This document shows positions 25,741 to 40,072 of a stretch of DNA of 64,000 nucleotides, piece by piece (positions within the stretch are counted from its first letter, which is position 1; every line of letters begins with the position of its first letter). This DNA comes from Narcine bancroftii. Taxonomy: Eukaryota. The translations under genes were made by a program, and so were the position numbers. The stretch covers positions 75,950,001-76,014,000 of the forward strand of contig NC_091471.1 of the NCBI RefSeq assembly GCF_036971445.1. The letters run 5' to 3'. The notes beneath the pieces are model-generated. The model did no database searches and was not told where the DNA came from. It worked only from the letters and a program-made list of their open reading frames with translations.

Positions 25741-26889
25741 TTTGCTTCTAATTCCATGTAGAACAATGTAAACTCAAACATGATCAGATTGTGCCACTGC
25801 AGTGTTAATTAAAGGCCCATTTATTGAAAAACCACTTTTAACTAATGGCCCGTGATCTTGCATAGCAAAAAAAAATCACACAGATGAAGTAGGAGTAAAT
25901 TTGCATTTATGTTTATCATCAAGGTAGTTTTACCAATATAATCAAAATATTAGGTTAAATTATAGCAATGGTATTTTTACACCTGGCACAGAAATAAAAT
26001 AGGCCTGTGTTGTTTTTGACATTAAGCTGTAAATGCTTTTATAATTGCAATGAAGACATATACAACTAAACAATTATGAAAGCCATTTAGGGTTATTATG
26101 CTGGGCTATTCAGCCTTGATTGAGTTTTAAGTTTGAATCGTTAATACATTCTGAGTATGCTGGAGGCTTATTTACCACATATGGGGATACTGCTAATAAG
26201 TATCATCTGTGACCAATTTCAAATCAAACATTTTCCCTGATCTCAGCAACTGATTTTACCTTTGAAATGATATGCTCGGAGATTCGACTGTAACATTTCT
26301 ATTCTCCACAGGATTGAAAGCTCTGCTTAGATATTCTGAAAAATGGAAACATGACTAGCATCAAAAGTCAGGCACAGTTTCTATACTGGGTGGTGTAGAA
26401 TTACTCGGGGTGACAGGAGAGGAATAAATATTGTTTTTATGTGGGCACAATGTGTAAATGTAAACAGCCAAAATGTTTGTGAACAGAAAATACAACATTA
26501 AGTGAATAGAATTGAATGATGCTTTTTTAATAAACCTTCAAGATAGTAAAACAATGACAATAATATATTCGATGATGAAAAAAGGTATATAAATAATAAT
26601 AACATAAGGTTCTGAAGATGTCATTGAGCATTTATAATTCAAATGGCACAATATGATTCAATAGGAAATAATTTGGAAATTAGAACTAATTAAGGACTGC
26701 TCAACAAACTTGTTTATCAAAAAAAATTGCAAAATGACTGATGGGGCGATATATAAAAAATAGGAAGGGTTGATTTGAACTCTTGGTCCTTGACAATAAT
26801 AAAATGTTGGCTACCTGCTGATTCTATCTAGAACAAGGAGGCTGGAGCCATTCGGTGGCATGCAACCTTCCCAATTTCTGTCTTTCAAA

Positions 26890-27396
26890 CTTGAACTTTA
26901 GGCGGACCAGAGACTACCACCCTGCACCACACATTAATGGAGAGAGTAGAGAGCATCAAGTTCCTCAGGACACACATATCCTCACTTGTCAGGAAGGCAC
27001 AACGGTGACTGCACTTCCTCAGAAGGCTGAAGTGGGCAAGACTACCACCCACCATTCTGTCCACTCTCTATAGGGGCTCTATTGAGAGTGTCTGGCTGGC
27101 TGCATCATTGTGGGGTACAATTACTGTAGAGAGCATTGGACTGGAGAACAATCTACTGGACCCCTCCCCCCACCCACCCACCCAGGATCGTTGTTTAAAG
27201 TGGGCTCTCAAAATCAGGGAGGACCATTACCATCCCACACACAGCATCTTCTAGCTACTCCCCTCAGGAAAAAAGATACAGAAGTATTAGAGGCAGAATC
27301 ACCAAGCTGAGGAATAGCTTCTTACCACAGGTAGTGAAACTGCTGAATATCTGCTAAAACCACTCTCCATGACACACTTTCTTATTTAATAATATT

Positions 27397-27434
<38 letters not shown>

Positions 27435-27490
27435 TATATGTATCATTTATCTTTATGTGTGTTCCAGATGACAAACTTGAAATTGAACTT
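26890..27490 (+). mobile_element. Rex1/Babar-like LINE 3' fragment with (AT)n at about 27402-27431
   Basis: Remnants VESIKFL, RKAQR*LHFLRRLK, YRGSIESVWLAAS and T.RLRNSF.PQ.VKLLN. Confidence 0.6.
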
Positions 27491-29724
27491 ACAATTGAAG
27501 AGAAAAGTCACACTGGCCTGATTTTTCTCATGGGGTCTGCCAACAAAATATATTCCGAAATTCTATTTGGGGGATTCCTTATTTGATCATCAATTGACAC
27601 AACTATTTGAGCTGAAAACCTCCAGATACTGAGGTTGAATTTGTGACGAGATACAGCATTAGTAGGAAGTGTATTTATCATGAAGGGCCTTGTGTCAAAA
27701 CATGGATCATTATTTTATTTGATTGTATAGCAATACAGAAGTAACCTGCAATCAATAGTTAAATAGATACCAAAATAGAGAGCACAATGGAACACAACAC
27801 CATAGAGTAGGATTTGCAAAACCACTCAATTGCAGATGAGCAAACAGATGGGCAAATGTGGATTTGTACACTACATTTCATCCATTTGAAGACATGTATT
27901 CCAATGTGAAAACGGGTTGCATTTTTCAAATACTGGACCAATATTTCTTTCTTCATGACATAAAAGTGCACATAAGCAGTGTGATCCCTCCATGAGCTAC
28001 ACCTCACCCTCCCACCCCCATTCACGTCACAGGGATTGGTCACTTCAAAACTCTCTGGGTCCACCTTTCGCTCCTCACCCTCTGCACTCTCAGTCTTGAT
28101 GTGGGGTTCTGACCAGAAACATGAACCGGTCTTTAACTCCCTCTGATGCCTGCTCAATTTGCTGGGATTTCTCCAGCAGATGGATTTTTGTTTGCTGCCG
28201 ATTCCAGTTTCTCATGTGTCTCTCAATTTAAAAAAAACCCTGATTACATGCTAAAAATAACGGTAGGTCAACACATCCATGAGAACGGCGGCAAAATCTT
28301 AGAAAAATGTGTCGCAATCTCATCATGGGGTGAAATTTCAAACACAGCAGACAGTCAATGTGAAATTTGTTAAATATATCCCATTAAATGAGGCAAACAA
28401 AATCTTGAAATATAAGATGAATAAAAGCAGAAAACGTTGCAAATTCCAATTGAACCAAATCTGCTTATGTCCCATGTTGTTAAGGGCAAATGCATCACAG
28501 TTAATCATCCTAATACTGAAGAAAAACTGTAGCTCTGAGAATAGTTCCTGATGGCTTCTGAATCCACCATGTGAACTGTGCAACTGAGAAGAAAAATCTG
28601 AATATCACTATGCTTTGGAGAATCCCAGGCCGACAAGCAACAGTAATAGAATCGAAACAGCCTGGCAAGTTGTGCTCGAATGATTGAATTCTTTCAATGA
28701 AAAAGACACTGTGTATATTCAAGAGGAAAATGTTTATGTGTATTTTGGTCAATATGGTTCATAGTGTGAAAAATAAAAAAAAAATAAAAAAATGAAATGA
28801 CAGAGAGGATCAATAAGGAGACTGTTGTTGAAATGGTATTCATGGAGTTTTAAAAGCCATTTAATAAGGTAATTACAAAAACTTACTGAGAACTATGGGA
28901 GATTGAGAGAGTTGTAGAAACAAGTGGCTCAAAACAAAAAAAAACAATAGTATTCCCTGGTATCACTTTTTGAATGACTGCTTTTATGAATGTTAAAAGT
29001 TTGTATAACCTGTAAAGTTTGCAAATGCCTCACGTCTCAGAAATGTGATAATCGGTGACATTACAATTCAGGAGGATATTAAGAGATCGTGAAATGGCCA
29101 CATTGCAAAGATTTAAGAATTTAAGATTGGTGACTCACATTTCAGCAAATGCCTTACAGCTCGAGTAAACCAGGTTCAGCCCTGATTTGCAATGATGCTT
29201 CTGCTGAGTTTGCCTGGCCTATGTGAATTTCTTCCAGGTGCTCTGGTTTCAAACTCACATCTCAGGCATAATTGGCCGTTGTAAATTGCTGCTTGAGCAC
29301 AATTTATAGTCATGATGGTTGAATCTAGAAAAAGTTCATGGGAATATACAGGGATTAGAGTAAATTAGTGTGAATGATTGATGGTTGACACAGTTTTGGT
29401 AAGTCAAAGGCCTTTTTCTCTTTCTGTATGACTCCATGATAGTCATATGTGGAATCGTGGAACAGGTTTAAAGGATGAGAGGGGTACACTCCTGCTTTTG
29501 TTTCTATGCAAGGTCATTAACAAAGAAACCAAAATGATTTTAGACATAAAGGCTGTTAGCACAATGGGTAGGATGTTTCTGGAATGTTTTATTCAGAAAA
29601 CATTCTGGAAGGCAATTGAATTATACATATCAAAGGAAATTAGAAATATGTTTTAAAAGCAAAAGAAAATCCTTACTCTTGGGAGGGATTCAAGATTCCA
29701 TTATTGTCATGTAATAGGTTAGAA

Positions 29725-30349
29725 CAGTGGTTTTCATACTGCTTCCCCCCACTGCCACTGCCACCACCGAACTCAAAATCTACCTTAAGCAATCCCAATG
29801 CTATAACTACTCTGTGATTGGTAAAGAATTGCTTAAGGAGGTATGTGAGTGAGAATGGAAGGTTGAGACCCAATTGTTACTGAAATATTTTGCTTGAGAA
29901 AAATTGTCATTGGCCCATTTCCTTTGGAATTATGAAACTTTGTACATAACGAGCCAATTAGGTACAATGAAAACACTGGTTTTCAAACCTTTTTTTCTTT
30001 CTACTCACATACCACCTTAAGTAATCCCTTGCTAATCACAGAGCACTAATGGCATTGATGCACAATCAATTACACAAATACTGAAGTTGCCAAAATGAAG
30101 GCTTTTATTTGCAAGAGATGGACAGTATTCCTGTGTTGTTTGCTCCCACTGACTCAGACTTGAACTGGGAGCAGGTTTGTGGCATGTCAGCCTTTATGGG
30201 GAAGAAAGGAGAGGAGTCATGAGCTGGCCAGTGAGAGCAGGGTCAACCAGGAAAAGTCATGTGATTTACATATGACAAATATGTACAATAGTGGATTCAC
30301 CACAGGCATAGGGATTGCTTGGGGGAGGGGGGCAATTTGAAAACCACTG
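29725..30349. mobile_element. hAT (Charlie-like) MITE interrupted by a solo LTR
   Basis: 12-bp TIRs cagtggttttca / tgaaaaccactg; internal inverted sub-repeats; TSD degraded. Confidence 0.7.
30056..30304 (-). mobile_element. Solo Gypsy-type LTR (249 bp)
   Basis: TG...CA ends with a perfect 5-bp TSD ggcat (30051-30055 and 30305-30309). Layout resembles the other LTRs here (cagcctttatgggga, ttcaccaca end, minus-strand AATAAA). Confidence 0.88.
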
Positions 30350-30954
30350 GTTTAGTCATGTAATATTACATGATATTGCCATCTACCTACCATAAGGTAG
30401 ACAAAGAGTTAGACGTTAGTGTCATCTGGTGTCCCTTACAGTATGAAAAAAATAGAAATGTAAAAGAAATAGAAGGGAGTCCCTTCAGAGTCAACGAGAT
30501 TCACCTCCAGTGCTCCTGCTGCCTCTACAGCCACATAGAATCCTGTTTGATCCATTGGCAACCCAAGCTCCAAACCTCTGACACGATCAGGAAGCCACCA
30601 ACACCTGAAGCCTTTCAAGAGCCCTACTTGCCCTCAGCTCCCTCTTGAGTGCCACCTCAAATATCTTGTTCCCGTGATCCAGACTCCAGCAACTCGCAAC
30701 CCATGTGGGTTCCTGACCACAAATCACCTGCAGCTTGAGTGGATCCCTCAGTTGCTGAGCCTCTCACTGGTCATCTGCCGTGGTCATCATCCTATTGGGT
30801 CATCCCCTCTGCTTCTTCTTCTCACTGACATTAGGGCCAGGCGGTTGAACTCTTCAGTGCAATGCTGGTCTCTGGTTCTTGGGTCCACACCAGCGGTCCC
30901 ATCTAACCAATCTTATCAAGTTTTTCAAGGTTATCAGGAATGTTATGATAGATT

Positions 30955-32030
30955 TTAGCAAGGCTTTGACAAGGTCAAGAAGGTTCAGTTGCTCAATAGT
31001 CAGGATGAGGTAGGATTAGATATTAGCTTTGCAGGAGAAAGAAAAGAGTGGTTGTAGATGATTGCCTCTCTAACTGGAGGACTGTGATTAATGGTGTGCC
31101 TCAGGCATCAGTGCTAGGTCCATTATTGACGTCATCTGCATCAACAATTTGGTAGATTAACAAATGTTCAGCTGATATTAAAATTGGGGGGTGAGGTGGA
31201 GAGAGAGGAAGGCATTGAAAGCTTGCAGGGGGATCTGGACTAGCTAGAAAAATGGGCTGCAAAATTGCAGATGGAATTTAATGCAGACAAGTGTGAGATA
31301 ATGGACTTTTTGTGGACAAACCACAATAGGATTTGCTTGGTTATGTGGAATGCAGTAGAACAGAGGAATCTGGGAATACAGATTCATAATTCTTTGTAAG
31401 TGGCATTAAAGGAAGATAGGATTGTAAAGAGAGCTTTTGGCACATTCACCTTCATAGATCAATGAATTGAGCACAGGAGTTGGGATGTTATGTTGAAGTT
31501 AGTGAAGCCAAATATGGAGTTTTATGTCCAATTTTGGTTGTCCTCCTTCAGGAAAGATATCAATAAGATCTAAAGAATGCAGAGAAAATTGACAAGCATA
31601 ATGCTGGGAATTGAGAAGCTTATAAAGGGAAAGACTGAATAGGTTAGGAATGTCAGACAATGAGGGGAGATTTGGTAGAGGTATATAAAATTATTAGGTA
31701 TATCGATATGGTAAATGCATGTATGCTTTTTTCACTAAGGTTAGGTGAGACAAGAGCCAGAGGACATGGGTTAAGGATGAAAGTTGAAATGTTTAAAGGG
31801 AACATTCAGGGGAACATCTTCATTCAGAGGTGATGAGAGTGTGGAATTAGCTGCCAGCAGAAGTGATGGATGTGGGCTCAATTTCAACATTTAAGAGAAA
31901 TTTGGATAGGTACATGGATGAGAGTAGTATGGTACTGGTTCAGGTTAATAGGACTAGGTGGAATAATAGTTTAGCACAGACTAGATGGGCTAAATTTAAA
32001 GGGCCTAAATGCTGTAGTGTTCTTTGTTCC
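30955..32030 (+). mobile_element. Decayed CR1 LINE (RT to 3' end)
   Basis: DFSKAFDKV, NGVPQASVLGPLL, QMEFNADKCE, GNIFIQR..WN*LPAEVMDVGSISTFKRNLDRYM. Confidence 0.85.
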
Positions 32031-33154
32031 TATCTCCAGCATGGGAATAATAAATTGCCCTCAAAAGTAATTTTTCTCTTCCCTATAGGAATCAATAGTT
32101 CTGCTGAATGTTCTCAGTTTTAGGTGCAATTTCTGACTTTATTAAAACCAAACTTGCTGGCCTTTCAGTTGTTTGAGGATACTACAAATTACCAAAGGGA
32201 TGCATGGTCCCAGAGCTACCATTAAGATTATAATATCGTGGTTATGTAAATTCCTTTTAATGTTAAAATCTCTCAGAGAGTAAATTTCATTATTATATGA
32301 ACTGGCCTTTAAATTCTCTGTTCATAATCGAGACAGCCATACCTAATAATGTGTCCTTAGTTACTAGTGCTAAAAGCACAATCAAGAAATCACTGTGCAT
32401 CAATCAAAATCAAGCAGCTGTACATAAAATGGATTTCAGCTGACAATATCTCCAGCAGAATTACAAAGCCAGAGCTGGCACAGCTTCAAAGAAAATTGTT
32501 GGCAAACAATGAAATGTTGGAGGAACTTAGTGGGTCAGATAGCATTCATGGGTAGAAGTGGTCAGTCAACATTTTGGGTCGGGTCCTTTTTCAACATGAA
32601 GATTTTTAAAGAAGGTGACATTACAAATGTAAAGGGAGAAAGAAGCTGGGGGCTGAGCCCAGAGGTGATACATTGACTGAACATTTGTAGCCATGGATCT
32701 TCTCTGACGTGTTGAGTTCGTCCAGCAGTTCATTGTTTGCTCAAGATTCCAGCAATTGCAGTTTTGGTGTTTCTGTAAGAAACTCATGTTAAATCACTCC
32801 TGTGCTTGTTCACAAGTTCCACTGCAAGGTAAGTCCTCATTAGCAATAAAAAACAGTACGAGAAATGCACAATAAAATAAGCAGATTCTGTGCTGAAGTT
32901 TCAAGGCAGAAAAATTCCTGTGGTTAACCTGAATGTATTTTCAAAATGTATGATGAACACAGGAACACATTTCAAGAATTGGGTAGGATGCCTAATAACA
33001 ACCTTCTCTTCGCTTTCAATATTTTTATTAAGCTTTTATGTAATAATACATACAGAAAAGAAATTGATGCATAATGCTGATACAGTATGCAAACAGATGT
33101 GCCGACACAGTAAGCAAACTCGTTAACAGAATTTTTTTTTACCTTGTACAACAT

Positions 33155-36100
33155 TTCTTATTAATTATTTATTTTTCACACTGTGAACCATATCAATTAA
33201 AATACATACAAACATTTCCCTCTTAAATATACACAGTGGCATTTTCTACCCTTTTTTCCCCCCTTACCACCCCCCTATCTTCCCTCCCCCCCTTCCCACC
33301 TCCCTCCAAACCCATTAAATGTTCAACATATACAATACAATAAAACCATTAAACAATATCATCACACAATGAAAATAAACAAGAAAATTGTGTCATCTAC
33401 TTTTACACACTGGATCAAATCATTTTCTCTTCTTATCATTTTAGGGGGTGGAGGTCCGCGGTCAGCCCTCTCTGTTATGTTCCACATACGGTTCCCAAAT
33501 TTGTTCAAATAATGTGACTTTATTTTTTAAATTATATGTTATTTTTTTCAATGGAATACATTTATTGATTTCCATGTACCATTGCTGTACTCTCAGGCTC
33601 TCTTCTGATTTCAAAGTTGACATTATACATTTTTTTGCTACAGCGAAGGCTATCATAATAAATCTTTTTTGTTCTTCATCCAGTTTGAGGCCTAATTCTT
33701 TACTTCTTATATTACTTAGAAGAAAGATCTCTGGATTTTTTGGTATGTTGCTTTTTGTGATTTTATTTAATACCTGATTTAGATCTTCCCAAAACTTTTT
33801 TACTTTCTCACATGCCCACATTGCATGTAGTGTTGTTCTCATTTCCTTCTTACAGCGAAAACATCTATCTGATAATGTTGGATCCCATTTATTTAACTTT
33901 TGGGGTGTGATATATAACCTGTGTAACCAAATATACTGCATCATACGTAACCTTGTGTTTATTATATTCTTCATAGTTCCAGAGCATAACTTTTCCCATG
34001 TTTCATTTTTTTATCTTTATGGTTAAATCTTTTTCCCACTTTTGTTTGGGTTTATAGCTTATTTCATTATTTTCCTTCTCTTGCAGATTGATGTACATGT
34101 TCATTATAAATCTTTTTATTATCATTGTTTCTGTAATCACATATTCAAAGCTGCTTCCTTCTGGTAATCTCAGTCTGTTTCCCAATTTATCCTTTACATA
34201 GGCTTTCAGTTGATGGTATGCAAACATACCATGAGTTATTCCATATTTGTACTTCATTTGTTCAAATGTTAATAAGTTATTTCCCAAAAAACAATTTTGT
34301 ATTCTTTTAATTCCTTTTCTTTCCCATTCTCTAAAGGAAAGGTTATCTATTGTAAAAGGGATTAGCTGATTTTGTGTCAATAATAATTTTGGTAGTTGGT
34401 AATTTTGTTTTTTTTTCCTTTCGAAGTGAACCTTCTTCCAGATATCGAGTAAATGATCTAATACTGGTGAGCTTTTATATCGTATCAGCTTTTCATCCCA
34501 CTTATAAAGTATATGTTCTGGTACCTTCTCCCCTATTTTATCTAGCTCTATATTAGTCCAATCTGGTTTTTCCCTTGTCTGATAAAAATATGATAAATTC
34601 CTTAATTGTACTGCTCTATAATAATTTTTATAGTTTGCTTACTGCTCTATAATAATTTATATAGTTTGCTTACTGCAAACTACCTTGGTTGCACCTCTGT
34701 TAATTTATCTAACGCTATCCTCGGTTTCCCCCCTTTCCATAAAAATTTCATTATTATTCTCTTTAGTTCATTAAAGAATTTCTCTGTTAAGGCAATTGGC
34801 ACTGATTGAAAGAAGTATTGTATTCTTGGGAAGACATTCATTTTAATGCAATTTACTTTCCCTATCAACATTAGTGGCAATTCTTTCCAACGTTCTAAGT
34901 CTTCCTGCAATTTCTTTATTAGTGGCTGATAATTTAATTTGTATAGGTGGCTTAAATTATTATCTTATCTAATACCTAGGTATCAGATTTCTTGTGTTTG
35001 CTATTTAAATGTTGATTTTTTTTATAACTCTGTGTAATCCGCATTACTCATTGGCATCGCTTCACTTTTTTTTGCATTGATCTTGTACCCCGATATTTCT
35101 CCATATTTCCTTCAATTTCATATGTAGTTCTTTTATTGATATTTCTGGTTCTGTTAAGTATACTATTATGTCATCTGCAAATATATTCCTTCTCCTTTAT
35201 TTTTACCCCTTTTATTTTATTTTCTATTCTTATCAGTTCTGCCAAAGGTTCTATTGCTAAAGCGAACAATGAGGGGATAATGGACATCCCTGCCTTGTTG
35301 ACCTACTTAATTTAAATTTGTTCGATACATATCCATTTACTGTTACCTTCGCCAATGGTCCATTATATAATGCTTTAATCCAATTAATATATTTTTCTGG
35401 TAGATTGAACCTCTGTAGTTCTTTGAATAAATAATTCCATTCTATCCTGTCAAAAGCTTTTTTTCTGCATCTAAAGCTATAACTGTTGGCTTCTTATTTC
35501 CTTGAACTGCATGAATTAGATTAATAAATTTACAGACTTTATCCTCTGTTCGTCTTTTCTTAATAAATCCAGTTTGATCTTCTTTTACTATTTTTGGTAC
35601 ACAGTCAGCCAATCTGTTTGCTAATAATTTCGCTATTATCTTATAATCTGAATTAAGTAGAGATATTGGTCTATATGATGCTGGTGTTAGTGGATCCTTC
35701 CCCATCTTTGATATTACTGTAATTATTGCTGTCTTACATCAATCTGGAAAGTTTTATGTTTCTTCTATCTGGTTCATTACTTCCAGGAGAGGAGAAATTA
35801 AGAACTCTTTAAATGTTTTTTTAGAATTCTATTGGGAATCCATCCTCTCCAGGCATTTTATTGTTCAGCAGCTTTTTTAATATATCCTGTAGTTCCTTAT
35901 TTTCAGATGGTTTTATCAGTTTGTTTTGCTCCTCTTCTTGCAATTTTAGCAGTTCAATTTTAGCTAAAAACTCTTCTATTTTATCATCTTTCCCCTTGTT
36001 CTCAGTTTGGTATAATTGTTCATAAAATTCCTTAAAGTTCTCATTAATCTCCATTGGATTATATGTAATTTGTTTGTCCTTTGTCCTTGATGCCAATACA

Positions 36101-38100
36101 GTTCTTTTAGCTTGTTCTGTTTTCAGTTCCCAGGCTAATATTTTGTGTGTGTTTTTCTCCTAGCTCATAATACTTTTGCTTTATTTTCATTATGTTCTTC
36201 TCCACCTTATACGTTTCGTATGTTTCATTTTGTATTTTTTTGTCTGCCAATTCTCTTGTTTTTGTTGTATCGTCCCTTGTGGCTAGTTCTTTTTCTGTAC
36301 TTACTATCTCCCTTTCCAACTGTTCTTTTTCCCGATTGTAGTCCTTTTTCATCTTAGCCACATAACTAATTATCTGCCCTCTAATGAAGGCTTTCATTGC
36401 ATCCCATAATATAAATTTGTCTTTCACTGATTCCGTATTTATTTCAAAGCACATTTTAATTTGGTGATCAATAAATTCTCTAAATTCCTGTCTTTTAAGT
36501 AGCATGGAGTTTAACCTCCATCTATATGTTCTTGGTGGGATGTCCTCCATTTCTATTGCTAATAATAGGGGTGAATGATCAGATAACAATTTAGCTTTAT
36601 ATTCAGTTTTCCTAACTCTCCCTTGAATATGGGCCGACAACAAAAACATATCAATCCTTGGGTATATTTTATGCCTACTCGAATAATATGAGTATTCCTT
36701 CTCTCTAGGGTGCTGCCTCCTCCATATATCCATAAGTTTCATTTCCTGCATTTATTTAACCATAAATTTGGCCACTTTATTCTTTTTGCTAGTCTTTTGT
36801 CCAGTTTTATCCAACATTGGATCCAAATTAAGGTTAAAATCCCCTCCTATCAATATATTCCCCTGCGTATCTACAATCTTCAAAAAATATCTTGCATAAA
36901 CTTTTGATCCTCTTCATTAGGTGCGTATATATTAATCAAATTCCAGAATTCCGAATATATCTGACACTTTATCATTACATATCTCCTTGCTGGATCTATT
37001 ATTTCCTCCTCTATTTTGATTGGTACATTTTTATTAATTAATATAGCTACACCTCTAGCTTTTGAATTATATGATGCTGCTGCTAGATTTCCTACCCAGT
37101 CTCTCCTTAATTTATTATAACCATATAACCATATAACCACTTACAACACAGAACAAACCAGTTCTGCCCTACTAGTCCATGCCGTAACAAATCTCCACCC
37201 TCCTAGTTCTACTGACCAGCGCCTGGTCCATACCTCTCCAGTCCTCTCCTATCCATGTAATTATCTAGTCTTTCCTTAAATGTAACCACCCCGACCACGT
37301 CTGTCAGAAGCTCATTCCCCATCCCCACCACCCTTTGCGTAAAGAAATTTCCCCTCATGTTCCCCTTATAATTTTCCCCCTTCAATCTTAAACCATGCCC
37401 TCTAGTTTGAATCTCCCCCACTCTTAATTGAAAAAGCCTATCCACGTTTACTCTGTCTGTCCCTTTTAAAATCTTAAACACCTCTATCAAGTCCCCTCTC
37501 AATCTTCTACGCTCCGGAAAAAAAGCCCCAGTCTGCACAACCTTTCCCTGTAACTCAAACCTTGAAATCCTCTCAACATTCTCGTGAACCTTCTCTGCAC
37601 TCTCTCTATTTATGTTCCACTTCAGTTAGATGCGTTTCCTGCACAAATGCTATGACTATTTTTTCTTTTTTCAGCAAATTTTATAGTCTTTTTCATTTAA
37701 TTTGGTTATGTATTCCATTATTATTTATAGTTATATAGTTCAACATGGCCATCTCAAATCCTGTTGACACCTCATTTCCACTTCCTCACCACCAATATCC
37801 CCCTTTTTCCCATTTTCATCTCTCAGTTTTCCCTTTTTGAACTCAATGTATGACAACACTTTTAAAACATAAAATACATCAAAAACTCCCACATCTAATA
37901 TTCCCATAACCCCAAATGTCCCCCCCTCTCTGAGTTGCCCCTTGTTCCTTTCCGGGCAACCACAACTCCCCTCTCCATTTGGATTGCGAACTCACTCGGA
38001 AGCGTCAACTGATTTCGCAGTGATGGTTATTCTCTCCCACTCAACCCCCCTCCAAAAAAGATTTTTTTCTTCACATATAACAAAGCTCCCCCTCTTTGTT
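33155..38100 (-). mobile_element. L1/Tx1-like LINE: nearly complete but frameshifted ORF2 (about 37752 to 33462) plus 3' UTR
   Basis: Consecutive minus-strand ORFs: APE endonuclease (SKARGVAILI, NIYAPN, YSYYS..RIDMFL, LSDHSP), RT (PGEDGFPIEF, SYRPISLLNSDYKIIAK, ALDAEK), and C-terminal CFRC..TLHAMWAC motif. T-rich tail at the left end. Confidence 0.92.
37117..37608 (-). mobile_element. Young CR1 3' fragment nested in the L1 endonuclease region
   Basis: ORF 37209-37538 ERRRLRGDLIEVFKILKG..RGNFFTQRVVG; 8-bp tandem tail (aaccatat)n at 37119-37140. The L1 frame resumes on both sides (ETHLTEVEH|NKLRRDW). Confidence 0.88.
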
Positions 38101-38369
38101 TTAATCTATCCCGAAAGAGAACCACAAAATTTGCAGATGTTGGAAACTTGAGCAGATGGAGAACTGCTGGAAGAACTCAAAAGGTCAGACAGCATCCGTG
38201 GAAAGAAATGGACAGTCAATGTTTCAGGTCTGAACACTTTCTCAAGACTACCCATGGATGTTGTCTAACCTTGCTGAGTTCATCCAGCAATTCTTGTCTC
38301 CTTTTATCCCAAAAGCTGAATGTGTCTACAGTACAAAGCTGTGATGACCTTTAAATTTAAAATTTGAAA

Positions 38370-38600
38370 TTAAATTTTACATTTAGACATACATCACTAT
38401 AATAAGCCTTACTGGCCCATGAGCCTGTGCTGCCTAGATGCCCCAATGAACAGTGGGAGGAAACCAGAGCACAAGGAGGGAATGCATACAGACACAGGGA
38501 GAACATACAAACTCCTCACACACTACACTGGATTGAATCCGGGTTGCCGGCTCTGTAATAGCGTTTCCCTAATTATTATACTAATCGTGCTGCCCCATAT
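38370..38600 (-). mobile_element. tRNA-derived SINE, decayed
   Basis: Reverse complement resembles the SINE at 39538 (B-box-like GGATTCAATCC, GAGTTTGTATGTTCTCCCTGTG core, AT-rich tail). Confidence 0.6.
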
Positions 38601-39537
38601 CTCCAAATGTAACTTGCACCTTATTCTAGTGCCAATATTTTGCAGCAGTTCAGTTAGTTGCAAGAATTGCTTGTATCAGCAGATCTGGAATTTATTTCCC
38701 AAAAATGAATTTGTTCAGTAGTTGAGTGGTGATATGCCTGGAATACACAGTATTGATATGCTGTTAACTAACTGGTTAGGTGCTTAATATCCCATGGCTG
38801 CAAATGTGGCATGAATTGAGTTTATCACAATTTCTACATCAACATAGGGCATACATTATTCAGTTTTTATGTATAGTTTAGTTTACATTTTTTTGGATTA
38901 TTTAAAAAAGTTGAAGAGAAAATGTTCAAAGGATTGTGGGTCAACTGCAAGTAAATGGGACCAGCTTGATGATCATGGACAAATTGGGCCAATTTACCAT
39001 GCTGTAAAATTCAATGACTATTATTTTCATTATTTGACATTTGTCTTTTTGTTAGTTAATTCTTAAAATAATAGGTAAATATCTATATTTTCATAAATTA
39101 TAACTAAATCAATAATAACAACTGGATTTCCTCCACATTCAAAGTAATTAGTGTCACATTAGCTTTTGCTATTCTGGGTCTTTTTCACCCTTGCACAGCA
39201 CTGATTAGTGTCTTTTGTTACATATCCTTCAATAAACATGACTGGTTAGTAATTTATGCACATTATTAGTATTTCAAAGTTGTACTCGGGCAAAATTGAT
39301 GGTCTTCATTATTAAATATATTGTAAACAAAATAAGCAGCATTTATATGTTTATCTTTGGGGCTGTATGTTTGGGCATTGATTACATTAATTAATCCATT
39401 ATGTAATTAAGAATTGTTTTAATTGTTTTAAAGTTGTGGAATCATTTTGTTATGGAGGATGCCGGGAAAAAGTTCAACTTTGTGAGAAAACAAAATGAGT
39501 CCACCCTATCTGTGATTCTACTTTATCACACATATTA

Positions 39538-39865
39538 GGACGGCACAGTTAACATGGCAGTTAGTGCAATGCTGTTGCAGCGCCAGGGATCGGGATTAGG
39601 TTCGAATCCCGCACTGTTTGTANNNNNNNNNNNNNNNNNNNNNNNNNNNNNNNNNNNNNNNNNNNNNNNNNNNNNNNNNNNNNNNNNNNNNNNNNNNNNN
39701 NNNNNNNNNNNNNNNNNNNNNNNNNNNNNNNNNNNNNNNNNNNNNNNNNNNNNNNNNATTTCCTCCCATTGTTCAAAACATACCAGGGGTTGTAGGTCAA
39801 TTGGGTGTAAGCGGGCTCATGGGCAGAAAGGGCCTGTTATCGTGCTGTATGTCTAATTTTTAAAG
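39538..39865 (+). mobile_element. tRNA-derived SINE spanning the N gap
   Basis: 5' ggacggcacagtt..., B box GGTTCGAATCC at 39599-39609, 3' end gggcctgttatcgtgctgtatgtctaa. Confidence 0.7.
39623..39757. other. Undetermined sequence (135 N)
   Basis: Run of n characters. Confidence 0.99.
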
Positions 39866-40072
39866 AAAATTAAAACTTTTTGCATTAAGATAACAGAAAA
39901 TTAATTTTCCTCCTCTTATTTATTATCTCTTTTTAATTGAATTAAATACTGTATATTATTGCATTCGAATTTCAGTTGTTTTTCCTGTATTTTTTACAAA
40001 GTACCTGTTCAGCTGCAGCAAAAAAGAATTTTGGTGCATATGTACATTGAATGATGTCTATGGCATAAACAT

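Noticed and set aside
39560-39622. tRNA gene
   Set aside because: A B box is present but there is no cloverleaf; it is the head of a tRNA-derived SINE.
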